IMG/VR virus record: IMGVR_UViG_3300004806_000016
DNA length: 64,000 bases
Strand: one strand, 5' to 3'
Source of the DNA: a virus
Shown: positions 10,009 to 17,924 of the stretch, one piece after another
Layout: each line of letters opens with the position of its first letter
How positions within the stretch are numbered: position 1 is the first letter of the stretch
Position numbers and translations under genes: made by a program
The notes under the pieces: generated by a model
The model's input: only the letters and a program-made list of their open reading frames with translations
What the model was told of the DNA's origin: nothing
Database searches by the model: none

Positions 10009-10299
10009 ATGAGCGGCATTGAAATCCTGATCGGCGACCACCAAGGTATCTATATCCCCCAACAGTTTGCCATGTATCACGAGGATATGGATAATGTATC
10101 CGCCGAAGATATGGAAATCCTTAAGACTGGCCCAGACCACGAACACTACTGGGAAGCATGGGATTCCGTGCTTCAGAATGCCACGGCAACCCATAACGGT
10201 AATGTGTGGCGTCTGTACCAAGACGGTGATCTGTTTGCCGTATGCTATGAGCTGATGACCGATCAGGAGTATAAAGATTTTTTCGGCGAGGAGCGATAA
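10009..10299 (+). CDS. Early hypothetical protein (acidic)
   Basis: RBS AAGGA; GIYIPQ.F, GPDHEHYWEAW and LYQDGDLF motifs. Confidence 0.75.
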   Translation: MSGIEILIGDHQGIYIPQQFAMYHEDMDNVSAEDMEILKTGPDHEHYWEAWDSVLQNATATHNGNVWRLYQDGDLFAVCYELMTDQEYKDFFGEER

Positions 10300-10317
10300 T
10301 TTTTTCAAAAAAACTAT

Positions 10318-10346
10318 TTGCTTTTTATCAGGAAATGACCTATACT
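10318..10346 (+). promoter_or_regulatory. Early promoter cassette copy 3
   Basis: TTGCTT-17-TATACT-GATAATATGATGATG. Confidence 0.75.
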
Positions 10347-10373
10347 GATAATATGATGATGGAGGGAAATGAT

Positions 10374-10577
10374 ATGTATACTTTTGTGATCGGCGTATAT
10401 GAAGCTGGCGTATTCCGTGATGACCGAACCAACCGATTGTTAAAATATGAGACAGTCCGTGCTCGTACCCCAAAAGACGCTCTGAACCTAGTCAAAGATA
10501 TGTATACAATCAGTATTACCCCAGTAGGTAATATATCCTATTCAATCCTTCGCTCTGATTATAAGGAAATAGCATAA
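10374..10577 (+). CDS. Early hypothetical protein
   Basis: RBS GGAGGG. Confidence 0.65.
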   Translation: MYTFVIGVYEAGVFRDDRTNRLLKYETVRARTPKDALNLVKDMYTISITPVGNISYSILRSDYKEIA

Positions 10578-10966
10578 TGGCTACTCGTTCTTTCATTGCT
10601 ATCTATGACCCCCAAGACCCATCAATCATCAATGGTATCTATTGCCATTATGATGGCTATGTTAGTGGCGTCGGTGCTATGTTACTTAAACATTACAATA
10701 ATCAGTTTCTGGCAGATATGTTAGTTTACAATGGTGATATTAAGATTCTGGCTGCTAAGATATCTGATTGTGATATGTCCTATACCGTAAAGAACCCTTT
10801 CTGTCAGTATGTATCAGAAAAAGAACTATTAGAAGAAGCAGAAGACCAAGGTATTGAATATGTATACCTGTATACTAATAGTGAATGGAAAGTGTATAGA
10901 GTATTAGACCGAAACAAATGGGAATCAGTCTCTGATATACTCCAGGAAACCAAACAATATGCCTAA
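10577..10966 (+). CDS. Conserved phage hypothetical protein (TRS...IYCHYDGY family)
   Basis: MATRSFI, IYCHYDGY and EYVYLY motifs common in phage early genes. Confidence 0.75.
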   Translation: MATRSFIAIYDPQDPSIINGIYCHYDGYVSGVGAMLLKHYNNQFLADMLVYNGDIKILAAKISDCDMSYTVKNPFCQYVSEKELLEEAEDQGIEYVYLYTNSEWKVYRVLDRNKWESVSDILQETKQYA

Positions 10967-11306
10967 TATACTATCATTCATCAATACACCAGAACAAGAA
11001 CGTAAGAATAGAATCAAACTATCACTTGCTGCATATGCATATGAGTTCGATAATAACTCTATAATGAGTGATGGTGACTTTGATGAACTGTCTAAATGCA
11101 TTGATGTTACTATGCCTACTACTGAAACATACCATACTAAGGAGCAACTACTAAGATATACTGCTCTTGATGCCTTCTTTATTAAGGAATTCCAAGCAGA
11201 TACTGGTCAATGGATACATAAACACCCAGAACTACCAGTACTTGCTGCTCTCTATACTAAGCTGTATAAGTCAAATACTCGTAAACGTAGGAAGAAAACA
11301 AAATGA
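10959..11306 (+). CDS. Stand-alone protein resembling domain Ia of NAD-dependent DNA ligase
   Basis: AAYAYEFDNNSIMSDGDFDEL resembles the ligase Ia motif YY....P.ISD.EYD.L. Confidence 0.55.
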   Translation: MPNILSFINTPEQERKNRIKLSLAAYAYEFDNNSIMSDGDFDELSKCIDVTMPTTETYHTKEQLLRYTALDAFFIKEFQADTGQWIHKHPELPVLAALYTKLYKSNTRKRRKKTK

Positions 11307-11419
11307 AAACATCATCATCTCGGAATTCCTCGATTAAATCCATCAAACCTATTGGCTCTAAGCGTAAGATTGCTAAGATTGGCAGTATTAAACCAATTAA
11401 ACCACGGGGTAAACGGTAA
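11303..11419 (+). CDS. 38-aa very basic peptide (not in ORF track)
   Basis: MKTSSSRNSSIKSIKPIGSKRKIAKIGSIKPIKPRGKR; ATGA overlap with upstream stop, AGGA upstream. Confidence 0.5.
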   Translation: MKTSSSRNSSIKSIKPIGSKRKIAKIGSIKPIKPRGKR

Positions 11420-11423
11420 TCTA

Positions 11424-11490
11424 TAGTGGTATTCACTAAGATATACTGATACTGTAGTGTTTTCCACTAGTAAATGGCGTGTATTTAGTG
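11424..11490. repeat. TAGTG-N5-CACTA palindromes at 31-bp period
   Basis: TAGTG at 11424, 11455 and 11486; the first two are completed by CACTA. Confidence 0.55.
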
Positions 11491-11579
11491 TGGCTTTAAA
11501 TCCCCTTTATTTAAATGGTGGCGTGTCGTGTTCTGGTCGTGTCTGTGCGAAAAAAAATAAAAAAAGATAGAAATAGTGG

Positions 11580-11608
11580 TTGCTTTTTTTCGTGATGTGG
11601 CGTATGAT
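11580..11608 (+). promoter_or_regulatory. Early promoter cassette copy 4
   Basis: AAATAGTGG-TTGCTT-17-TATGAT. Confidence 0.8.
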
Positions 11609-11637
11609 GATAATATAAGTTGAAAAGGAAAAACCAA

Positions 11638-11850
11638 ATGACCGCCATTGAAATTCTTCGTCTCGCTGCTACCACCCAATTCCGTCCTTTCGATAAAGCC
11701 GATTGGATGAGCTTTGCTGGCTGTAACTCACAAAACCCACTGATCGGTGAGGCGGGTAATTATATTGTCATTATAGACGACGAAGTCATTGCCGTCCTAG
11801 ACGAAGATAACAACGAATTCTCCGTTGAGGTTTCTCTCGTTCAAAAATAA
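11638..11850 (+). CDS. Early hypothetical protein
   Basis: RBS AAGGA, ATG at 11638. Confidence 0.7.
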   Translation: MTAIEILRLAATTQFRPFDKADWMSFAGCNSQNPLIGEAGNYIVIIDDEVIAVLDEDNNEFSVEVSLVQK

Positions 11851-11858
11851 AATAGTGC

Positions 11859-11887
11859 TTGCTTTATTTCTGATCTTAGGGTATGAT
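11859..11887 (+). promoter_or_regulatory. Early promoter cassette copy 5
   Basis: AAATAGTGC-TTGCTT-17-TATGAT-GAATTATAGTTTGAAA. Confidence 0.8.
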
Positions 11888-11916
11888 GAATTATAGTTTG
11901 AAAAAGGAAAAGTGTT

Positions 11917-12162
11917 ATGCAAACGATTCAGTATAATGGTGTTACCTACCCCATCACCCAAGACTTTCTTCTTGCTGTTGCTGAGCTTGATGGTCGTCTA
12001 GTAGATAATGATGGTGAGTTCGCGGTAGAATTTCCCACCCATGACGAGTCAGATCTATTCGAGTGGTTCCTCGAGGATGGTGCTATTAATCTTAGCTGGG
12101 GCGATGATGACGGCCAGCCAAGCGAGATGGATGAGTGGCTGGATTTTGATCCTGACTGCTAA
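11917..12162 (+). CDS. Early acidic hypothetical protein
   Basis: RBS AAGGA; ends DGQPSEMDEWLDFDPDC. Confidence 0.7.
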   Translation: MQTIQYNGVTYPITQDFLLAVAELDGRLVDNDGEFAVEFPTHDESDLFEWFLEDGAINLSWGDDDGQPSEMDEWLDFDPDC

Positions 12163-12171
12163 AAATAGTGC

Positions 12172-12200
12172 TTGCTTTATTTCATTGTCTAGGCTATGAT
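12172..12200 (+). promoter_or_regulatory. Early promoter cassette copy 6
   Basis: AAATAGTGC-TTGCTT-17-TATGAT-GAATTATAGTTTGAAA; near-identical to copy 5. Confidence 0.8.
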
Positions 12201-12226
12201 GAATTATAGTTTGAAAGGGAAAAGCA

Positions 12227-12541
12227 ATGGCTGAGTATGGATATCAGTATACCGAAGAAGAACTCGTGTTGATGCGGGCACTGTTTGATGATAGTCGCAC
12301 TGACCGACCCGAATTATTCAAAGCCATTGCCGAGAGCACAGCCAAGACTCAGGCTGAACGGTCTCAATATAAGAGCTTCATTCAGGGTCAGGTCAGACGT
12401 TTAGAGGAGCGAGCAGCACAGCTTGGCTTCATTAAACTGAACGTAGCACCACATGATATCCAGGACTTAGAGCTTTACTTAAATGAGCTCTTGGGGTATA
12501 TTGCCTTCAAGGAAATCGTCGACGAATATCACAGCTACTAG
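12227..12541 (+). CDS. Early hypothetical protein
   Basis: ORF after promoter and RBS. Confidence 0.7.
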   Translation: MAEYGYQYTEEELVLMRALFDDSRTDRPELFKAIAESTAKTQAERSQYKSFIQGQVRRLEERAAQLGFIKLNVAPHDIQDLELYLNELLGYIAFKEIVDEYHSY

Positions 12542-12572
12542 AAAAAAAAGAGCAGCCACCGAGAGAAAGTGG

Positions 12573-12601
12573 TTGCGTTTTATCCCAGTCTAGGGTAAGA
12601 T
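12573..12601 (+). promoter_or_regulatory. Early promoter cassette copy 7
   Basis: TTGCGT-17-TAAGAT-GATAATATAAGTTGAAAAGGAA. Confidence 0.75.
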
Positions 12602-12629
12602 GATAATATAAGTTGAAAAGGAAGCTACT

Positions 12630-12749
12630 ATGACCGAAGATATCTTGGAATTCGTTGCTGGCGTGGCCCTGTTGGCTATCACTCTGTTCGCCCTCACCCC
12701 AGCATTCTGGTTGATGATCCAGTCTCTCGGGCGAGCGATCGGAAAATAG
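12630..12749 (+). CDS. 39-aa single-pass membrane peptide (not in ORF track)
   Basis: MTEDILEFVAGVALLAITLFALTPAFWLMIQSLGRAIGK; has its own promoter and RBS AAGGA. Confidence 0.65.
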   Translation: MTEDILEFVAGVALLAITLFALTPAFWLMIQSLGRAIGK

Positions 12750-12752
12750 TGC

Positions 12753-12781
12753 TTGCTTTATTACTGGTATTACCGTATAAT
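12753..12781 (+). promoter_or_regulatory. Early promoter cassette copy 8
   Basis: AAATAGTGC-TTGCTT-17-TATAAT. Confidence 0.8.
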
Positions 12782-12813
12782 CATATTGTGATGATGATAA
12801 ATGGAGAATGTGA

Positions 12814-13281
12814 ATGTCTAAACGTGCAGTAATGGTCGCAGTGATCAATGACAATCAAGACAAGCCATATGAGACTGTGGTGCAGATGATTGCTGATGCT
12901 GTATCGATCCCAATGACGAATGCCCGAGGTGCCTATCGGTTCCTCGTCAAGAACGGACTGGCTAATGGATCGCTGGATAATATCCCAGCTCGTACCAAGA
13001 AGCCCAAGACCGTCACCCTAGCGTCGATCCATAAGAAAGTAGCACAGAAGTATCGTGAGAAGGCAGCAGCGAAAGCTGTAGTCGATCCTGAGATCAAGGC
13101 ACGTAACCTGGCAAAGCTGCGGATGGCTGGTGAGTCATTCGTGAAGCGTCCGAAGGAAGTAGTGCAGCTCCGCGAGCAGGTCAAGGACATGTATCGTGAG
13201 ATCGACGAGCGTAAGGAACTGCAGGACGAGCTGCGTGCTAACATCCCATCGTCACTGCATCGTGATCTTGGACTAGTCTGA
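12814..13281 (+). CDS. Early basic hypothetical protein
   Basis: RBS GGAG; K/A-rich. Confidence 0.75.
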   Translation: MSKRAVMVAVINDNQDKPYETVVQMIADAVSIPMTNARGAYRFLVKNGLANGSLDNIPARTKKPKTVTLASIHKKVAQKYREKAAAKAVVDPEIKARNLAKLRMAGESFVKRPKEVVQLREQVKDMYREIDERKELQDELRANIPSSLHRDLGLV

Positions 13282-13306
13282 TATTTGTTGTGTTGATAAC
13301 GACTTG

Positions 13307-13333
13307 GTGGGGCTTCGGCTCCACTTTTTTTTT
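13307..13333 (+). terminator. Rho-independent terminator
   Basis: GTGGGGC-TTCG-GCTCCAC followed by a T run. Confidence 0.85.
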
Positions 13334-13344
13334 AGAAATACTGC

Positions 13345-13373
13345 TTGCTTTTTTTCAGCATCCGAGGTAAGAT
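13345..13373 (+). promoter_or_regulatory. Early promoter cassette copy 9
   Basis: TTGCTT-17-TAAGAT-GATAATATGATGATGAAGGA. Confidence 0.8.
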
Positions 13374-13400
13374 GATAATATGATGATGAAGGAAAATGAT

Positions 13401-13649
13401 ATGCTGACGATCGAGATGATACTTCCCCGCCACTGGGCATATGCTCTCAACTATGGTGAGATGGATGGTCTCGATGAAGACGAGATCAAGTCCATTGAAG
13501 AGTTCCAGCAATGGATGATTAAGGAATATGGTGGATGCTGGTGCCTCGAGGTCTCTGGTGACTACTGGTTCTCGAAGTTCCATGATGCATCTGAGTGGGT
13601 GCTTCCCTGCGACGTTTCCACTTTCACATTTGACATTACACCGGAGTAA
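13401..13649 (+). CDS. Early hypothetical protein
   Basis: LP.HWA.AL..G...GL motif; RBS AAGGA. Confidence 0.7.
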   Translation: MLTIEMILPRHWAYALNYGEMDGLDEDEIKSIEEFQQWMIKEYGGCWCLEVSGDYWFSKFHDASEWVLPCDVSTFTFDITPE

Positions 13650-13652
13650 GCC

Positions 13653-13850
13653 ATGAGAGAAGAGACACTCGAGCGCCTCTATGAGAAACAGATGGATCAC
13701 CTAGACAGCGATCTCATGAAGAATCTCCTGACTCAGGAGCAGTATGAGCAGAGGGTCGCGAATCTTGACAGGTGGCTGGCTTCTTGGCAGGGACTGATCT
13801 GGACCAGTCGGTCGACCGACTTCGACGTGTCGGTGCGCACCAAAAAATAA
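13653..13850 (+). CDS. Early hypothetical protein
   Basis: RBS GGAG. Confidence 0.65.
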   Translation: MREETLERLYEKQMDHLDSDLMKNLLTQEQYEQRVANLDRWLASWQGLIWTSRSTDFDVSVRTKK

Positions 13851-13863
13851 TTAAAATAATCGC

Positions 13864-13892
13864 TTGCTTTATTTCACGAATCGGCGTATACT
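13864..13892 (+). promoter_or_regulatory. Early promoter cassette copy 10
   Basis: TTGCTT-17-TATACT-CTTAATATGATGATGAAGGAG. Confidence 0.8.
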
Positions 13893-13919
13893 CTTAATAT
13901 GATGATGAAGGAGTTGAAA

Positions 13920-14117
13920 ATGACAGTATCTGAAGCAAGAGTGATTATCGAACGTGTCCGCGAAGAGAATGGCTTCGGCCTCCTGGAGCTCCTTGAAATT
14001 ATGCATGATGAGCGCGAGGCTGGTAAGGATTTCTTCAACAGCATCTATTCCAAAGAAGAGCGTCAGGCGTATGACGTGATGATGACTGGTTTCTATCAAT
14101 TGTTCCATGGAGCTTGA
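13920..14117 (+). CDS. Early hypothetical protein
   Basis: RBS AAGGAG. Confidence 0.7.
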   Translation: MTVSEARVIIERVREENGFGLLELLEIMHDEREAGKDFFNSIYSKEERQAYDVMMTGFYQLFHGA

Positions 14118-14118
14118 T

Positions 14119-14358
14119 ATGTTTGTATATGTTTTGACTTCCGCTACTGCATATGAGGGTGAAGATCTCGTCGGTGTGTATTCCGATCTGCCATCAGCCC
14201 AATTCGCTGCAGGCCACTATGCAGCTCGTTCTGAACGGGACGATCGCTCCGAGGGGTACTGTGCAGGTGGCGATTACTACAACGTCTATTGTGTAGAGGT
14301 CGGTCGTGCAGGTCGCTGGTACACCGATGAAGATGTGGTCTGGTCCTCAGGAGAATGA
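14119..14358 (+). CDS. Hypothetical protein
   Basis: RBS GGAG; YEGEDLVGVYS. Confidence 0.65.
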   Translation: MFVYVLTSATAYEGEDLVGVYSDLPSAQFAAGHYAARSERDDRSEGYCAGGDYYNVYCVEVGRAGRWYTDEDVVWSSGE

Positions 14359-14359
14359 T

Positions 14360-14572
14360 ATGACCGATTATGATACACGCCATGGTGGTGCATATGATCG
14401 TGGTGGCGCCGATGCCTACTATGGTCGTGCCTTCGATCCTCACTATTATGTTGGTAGCAGTGAGAAGTCCCTTCGCATAAAGATCGATGATCCTGACAGC
14501 GAAGATTGGAAGGCATATGCTGCAGGCTTCCGTGATACTGTAGAGGCTGGCGACTTCAAGGATTGGGGCTGA
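14360..14572 (+). CDS. Conserved phage hypothetical protein
   Basis: RHGGAYDRG.AD.YYGR..PHYY...G.FKDWG motif; RBS AGGAG. Confidence 0.75.
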   Translation: MTDYDTRHGGAYDRGGADAYYGRAFDPHYYVGSSEKSLRIKIDDPDSEDWKAYAAGFRDTVEAGDFKDWG

Positions 14573-14574
14573 GA

Positions 14575-14781
14575 ATGGCTAAGTTGGTATACTGGATCTG
14601 CGATGTTCGGGAAGATTCGAAGTGTTACAATATCCGTGCTCGCACCAAGAAGGCAGCTGTCAAGCGTCGCGAGGAGCTCGGTCCCTGGAACTACGACGAG
14701 CCAAGGAAGCATGTAATCGAATACATCAATACCTACGACCTGATGGATATCTGCCTGAGTGAAGCGCGAGGATACGAGTGA
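14575..14781 (+). CDS. Hypothetical protein
   Basis: LVYW...DS.CYNIRARTKK motif. Confidence 0.65.
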   Translation: MAKLVYWICDVREDSKCYNIRARTKKAAVKRREELGPWNYDEPRKHVIEYINTYDLMDICLSEARGYE

Positions 14782-14933
14782 TGGAATCTTTCTTACGTCT
14801 TATTATGAATATCTTGATCGTGTGGTGCTCGATCTATTTCGTCGAGTGGCTGTGCAACGGAGACTTCCAGCGCGAGGTCGTCTATCTGTTTGCACTAGTG
14901 ATGGTCGATCTGATGATGCTGCGCCAGTCATGA
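14781..14933 (+). CDS. 50-aa membrane peptide (not in ORF track)
   Basis: MESFLRLIMNILIVWCSIYFVEW...VYLFALVMVDLMMLRQS; fills the gap with start/stop overlaps. Confidence 0.5.
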   Translation: MESFLRLIMNILIVWCSIYFVEWLCNGDFQREVVYLFALVMVDLMMLRQS

Positions 14934-15076
14934 GAGTCACTTTCAGTGCCTTTACTCAGGGTGGAGCGAATCGTATGGCGATGGTCTATAAGAAGGCAGG
15001 ATGGAAGATCCTGAACGTCCCCGTCCTTAATGAGAAGACTACATTATGGGAATGGAGCATGGAAAAAGCCGATTGA
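14930..15076 (+). CDS. Hypothetical protein
   Basis: ATGA-coupled 3' part of ORF 14759..15076. Confidence 0.5.
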   Translation: MRVTFSAFTQGGANRMAMVYKKAGWKILNVPVLNEKTTLWEWSMEKAD

Positions 15077-15101
15077 CTTTTTTCAAAATATGACGTATAC
15101 T
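15073..15101 (+). promoter_or_regulatory. Early promoter cassette copy 11
   Basis: TTGACT-17-TATACT. Confidence 0.8.
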
Positions 15102-15135
15102 TATTATAATGAATACTTGCCTAGAGGAGATAAAC

Positions 15136-16083
15136 ATGGCTCATGAGATTGAAATCGTCGATGGTGTTGCAAAGATGGCCTATGCAGGGGACGTTCCCTG
15201 GCATGGTCTTGGTGTTCGAGTCCCTGATGACGTGACCCCTGAACAGATGCTTCAGGCTGCAGGTCTAGACTGGACCGTAGAGAAGATCCCTGGATTCGCC
15301 ACTATCAATGGCGTCCAGACTCCCATCGACCGTTCTGCACTGGTTCGCTCCAGTGATCATAAGATCCTCGATGTGGTGTCCGATGACTGGAATCCCGTTC
15401 AGAATCGCGAGGCATTCGAGTTCTTCAATGACTTCGTTGCTGCAGGTGATATGGATATGCATACGGCAGGTTCACTGAAGGACGGTCAGATCGTCTGGGG
15501 TTTGGCGAAGGTCAAGGAGAGCTTCGAGCTCTTCAAGGGAGATCGTGTTGAGGGATATCTGCTCTTCTCGAACTTCCATCGTTATGGCAACTCGACGACC
15601 GTTCAGTTCACACCGATCCGTGTCGTATGCAATAACACCCTGACGCTCTCGCTCAATACGAAGGTCGAGAACATGGCGAAGATCTCTCACCGTCGCGTAT
15701 TTGACGGAGACTCAGTGAAGGAGATGCTGGGAGTCGCGAAGCACAAGCTCGCTGCATACAAGGAGATGGCAGCATTCCTTGGTGATCGTCGCTACAATGA
15801 CGAGAACATCGTAGAGTACTTCACACGGGTCTTCCCTGTGGCTGGCTCTAAGAAGGACATGTCAAAGAACGCCGAGCTGGCATTCCACGTCTTGGAAGAG
15901 CAGCCTGGGACGGAGTTCGCTCCAGGGTCTTGGTGGCAGGCGTTCAATGCAGTCACCTACCTGACGGATCACTTGGCAGGTCGCTCTGCTGACAATCGCC
16001 TCCAGTCAGCATGGTACGGTCAGAACAAGGGAGTCAAGACTCGTGCTCTTGAGTTGGCCGTCGAGATGGCGGAGGCTGCGTAA
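15136..16083 (+). CDS. DUF932 / TIGR03299 phage-plasmid protein
   Basis: MAHE...PWHGLG, AGLDW.V, VQN.EAF.FF, TAGSL..G, TPIRVVCNNTL. Confidence 0.9.
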   Translation: MAHEIEIVDGVAKMAYAGDVPWHGLGVRVPDDVTPEQMLQAAGLDWTVEKIPGFATINGVQTPIDRSALVRSSDHKILDVVSDDWNPVQNREAFEFFNDFVAAGDMDMHTAGSLKDGQIVWGLAKVKESFELFKGDRVEGYLLFSNFHRYGNSTTVQFTPIRVVCNNTLTLSLNTKVENMAKISHRRVFDGDSVKEMLGVAKHKLAAYKEMAAFLGDRRYNDENIVEYFTRVFPVAGSKKDMSKNAELAFHVLEEQPGTEFAPGSWWQAFNAVTYLTDHLAGRSADNRLQSAWYGQNKGVKTRALELAVEMAEAA

Positions 16084-16114
16084 TAGAATGAGTGGATATC
16101 GGAGTAAGGTAAAA

Positions 16115-16456
16115 ATGGCTGATTCCCGTTGGGATGATTATGATGTCGCGCATGGGCATACGCTCGAGCTCTCAGTAGAGACTTGTGATAGGCTGTTTCG
16201 TGATATCTTGGTTCAGAATTATCGTGACAATCTTGGTGAGATCGCCGAGCTAGAGTCAAAGGATAGCCTCGGTCACTGGGAGATTCGAGATCTGATTGAA
16301 ATGATAGAGCGCTCCAGGGCAATGGAAGTCTTGATTAAGTACTACTTTCCTGAGAGCGAGTATATCGGAATCATCGGCAATCAATTCGATCCGAATGAGG
16401 AAGACGAGTATGAGATCGATCTTTTGCGTAGTATGAGAGAGGGTAAGTTTCGATGA
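16115..16456 (+). CDS. Hypothetical protein
   Basis: RBS AAGGT, packed ORF. Confidence 0.6.
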   Translation: MADSRWDDYDVAHGHTLELSVETCDRLFRDILVQNYRDNLGEIAELESKDSLGHWEIRDLIEMIERSRAMEVLIKYYFPESEYIGIIGNQFDPNEEDEYEIDLLRSMREGKFR

Positions 16457-16965
16457 GTGATGCTGGTACCATAGCCGAGAGGCTTCACAACATCGAGATC
16501 CTCCAGAGAAAGATGATGGATCGTATCATTGCACTTGAAGATGTTCGAGATCAGAAGTCTGAGCCTGACTGGCGGGCGATCGCTAGTGGCTTTAATGGAG
16601 GTCAGTCAGCAGAAAACCTGATCTCCAATAAGCATAGAGAGATCGAAGAGCTCAAGCGGACTGTCAATCAACAGTCAGCATCTATGCATAATCTGTATAC
16701 CCAGAACCAGGAGCTCGAGAAAGACAAAAAGTACTGGGAGGAGCAGGTCGAGAGGCTGCAAAAGGCATATGCTGATATCAGATGGCGCTTCGACAATCAG
16801 CTACTCGTTGAGAAGCAGACCGCTCGTAAGTGCTTCGACATAGTCAATAGGATCAAAAACGAGCCAAATAACCCGATCGAATCCCAGATCAAGAAAGCTC
16901 CGCACAAGTGGTGGATCGTCTGCGAGGACATCGAGAAGGCAATTAAGAAGGAATTTGATTTATGA
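16453..16965 (+). CDS. Coiled-coil hypothetical protein
   Basis: ATGA-coupled; heptad-rich. Confidence 0.65.
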   Translation: MSDAGTIAERLHNIEILQRKMMDRIIALEDVRDQKSEPDWRAIASGFNGGQSAENLISNKHREIEELKRTVNQQSASMHNLYTQNQELEKDKKYWEEQVERLQKAYADIRWRFDNQLLVEKQTARKCFDIVNRIKNEPNNPIESQIKKAPHKWWIVCEDIEKAIKKEFDL

Positions 16966-17411
16966 AAGCATTCAGCGTGGTGGTATTCGACATCGACGGA
17001 ACGATCGCCAACAACGAACACCGTCGCAAATGGCTTGAACAATCTCCAAAGGACTGGAAGCGGTACAACGAGGGGATGGCTGAGGACGGGGTTTACCACG
17101 ACATCGTTCACCTGATGTCCCAGCTCTACTACAACAACAAGATCATCCTTTGCACTGGTCGCGAGGAGACTTTCCGCGAAGTTACTGAAGAGTGGCTGGA
17201 AAAGAACGATATATCTGAGTACGTCGACGACATCTACATGCGTCCTGCTAAGGACTACCGCTCAGACGCAATCGTCAAAGTAGAGCTGCTAAAAAAGATC
17301 ACTTATGACTATGCCAGTCCATGGCTCTGGATCGACGATCGTCAGCAGGTTGTCGATGCAATCCGTGCTGAGGGGATCCGTGTCCTTCAGGTTGCTCCAG
17401 GAGACTTCTGA
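16962..17411 (+). CDS. HAD phosphatase resembling the PseT 3'-phosphatase domain (no kinase domain)
   Basis: FDIDGTIA, TGR, MRPAKDYRSD..VK, DDRQQVV, LQVAPGDF. Confidence 0.85.
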   Translation: MKAFSVVVFDIDGTIANNEHRRKWLEQSPKDWKRYNEGMAEDGVYHDIVHLMSQLYYNNKIILCTGREETFREVTEEWLEKNDISEYVDDIYMRPAKDYRSDAIVKVELLKKITYDYASPWLWIDDRQQVVDAIRAEGIRVLQVAPGDF

Positions 17412-17557
17412 TGGCTAGATTATTATCAATCAAATGGATTGGCTTTGCGGGTCATCCTCGTGATTGGTTTTATTGGAACATCAGTAGGTTCAATTCTGGT
17501 TATCCTTATACTAGTTATAGGTTGGGTCCATTCTTAATTAAGAGATGGTGGAGGTGA
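17411..17557 (+). CDS. 48-aa aromatic-rich hypothetical protein (not in ORF track)
   Basis: TGATG overlap, RBS AGGAG. Confidence 0.45.
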   Translation: MARLLSIKWIGFAGHPRDWFYWNISRFNSGYPYTSYRLGPFLIKRWWR

Positions 17558-17767
17558 GTGATGGGAATGTTTGATAAGCCAAAGAAATATAAGATCGACT
17601 TGATCCAGGACAGCGACACCAAGGAGATCGTCTATGGGTTGTATGTCTGGAGAAACTCTCTGGGTGGATACTACGACCTGCGATTCGTGTTTCACTCGGA
17701 ACAAAAGGCTAGGGACTTCGTCGAAAAGTGGAAAGAGTTTCCAAAGTACTTTGATGCGGAAAAGTGA
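17558..17767 (+). CDS. Hypothetical protein
   Basis: RBS GGAGG. Confidence 0.6.
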   Translation: MMGMFDKPKKYKIDLIQDSDTKEIVYGLYVWRNSLGGYYDLRFVFHSEQKARDFVEKWKEFPKYFDAEK

Positions 17768-17859
17768 TGGATCGAGACGAATTTTATAAATTGGTCAATC
17801 CCGTAAGGATGCTGATATGCAACAAGATGTATGAGCACGCTTATCAGAGAATTATTGAC

Positions 17860-17888
17860 TTGACTAAAATGAAGATATACGTTATAGT
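17860..17888 (+). promoter_or_regulatory. Early-type promoter
   Basis: TTGACT-17-TATAGT followed by ATGATGATG. Confidence 0.6.
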
Positions 17889-17924
17889 TAATGATGATGG
17901 TTACAACGAGTGGAAAAGAAAACA

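Noticed and set aside
9690-15136. Repeats as a CRISPR or mini-CRISPR array next to a Cas4-like exonuclease
   Set aside because: Repeats are degenerate promoter/RBS motifs separated by whole genes (hundreds of bp), not identical repeats with ~30-40 bp spacers; the exonuclease is the standard T4-like core gene
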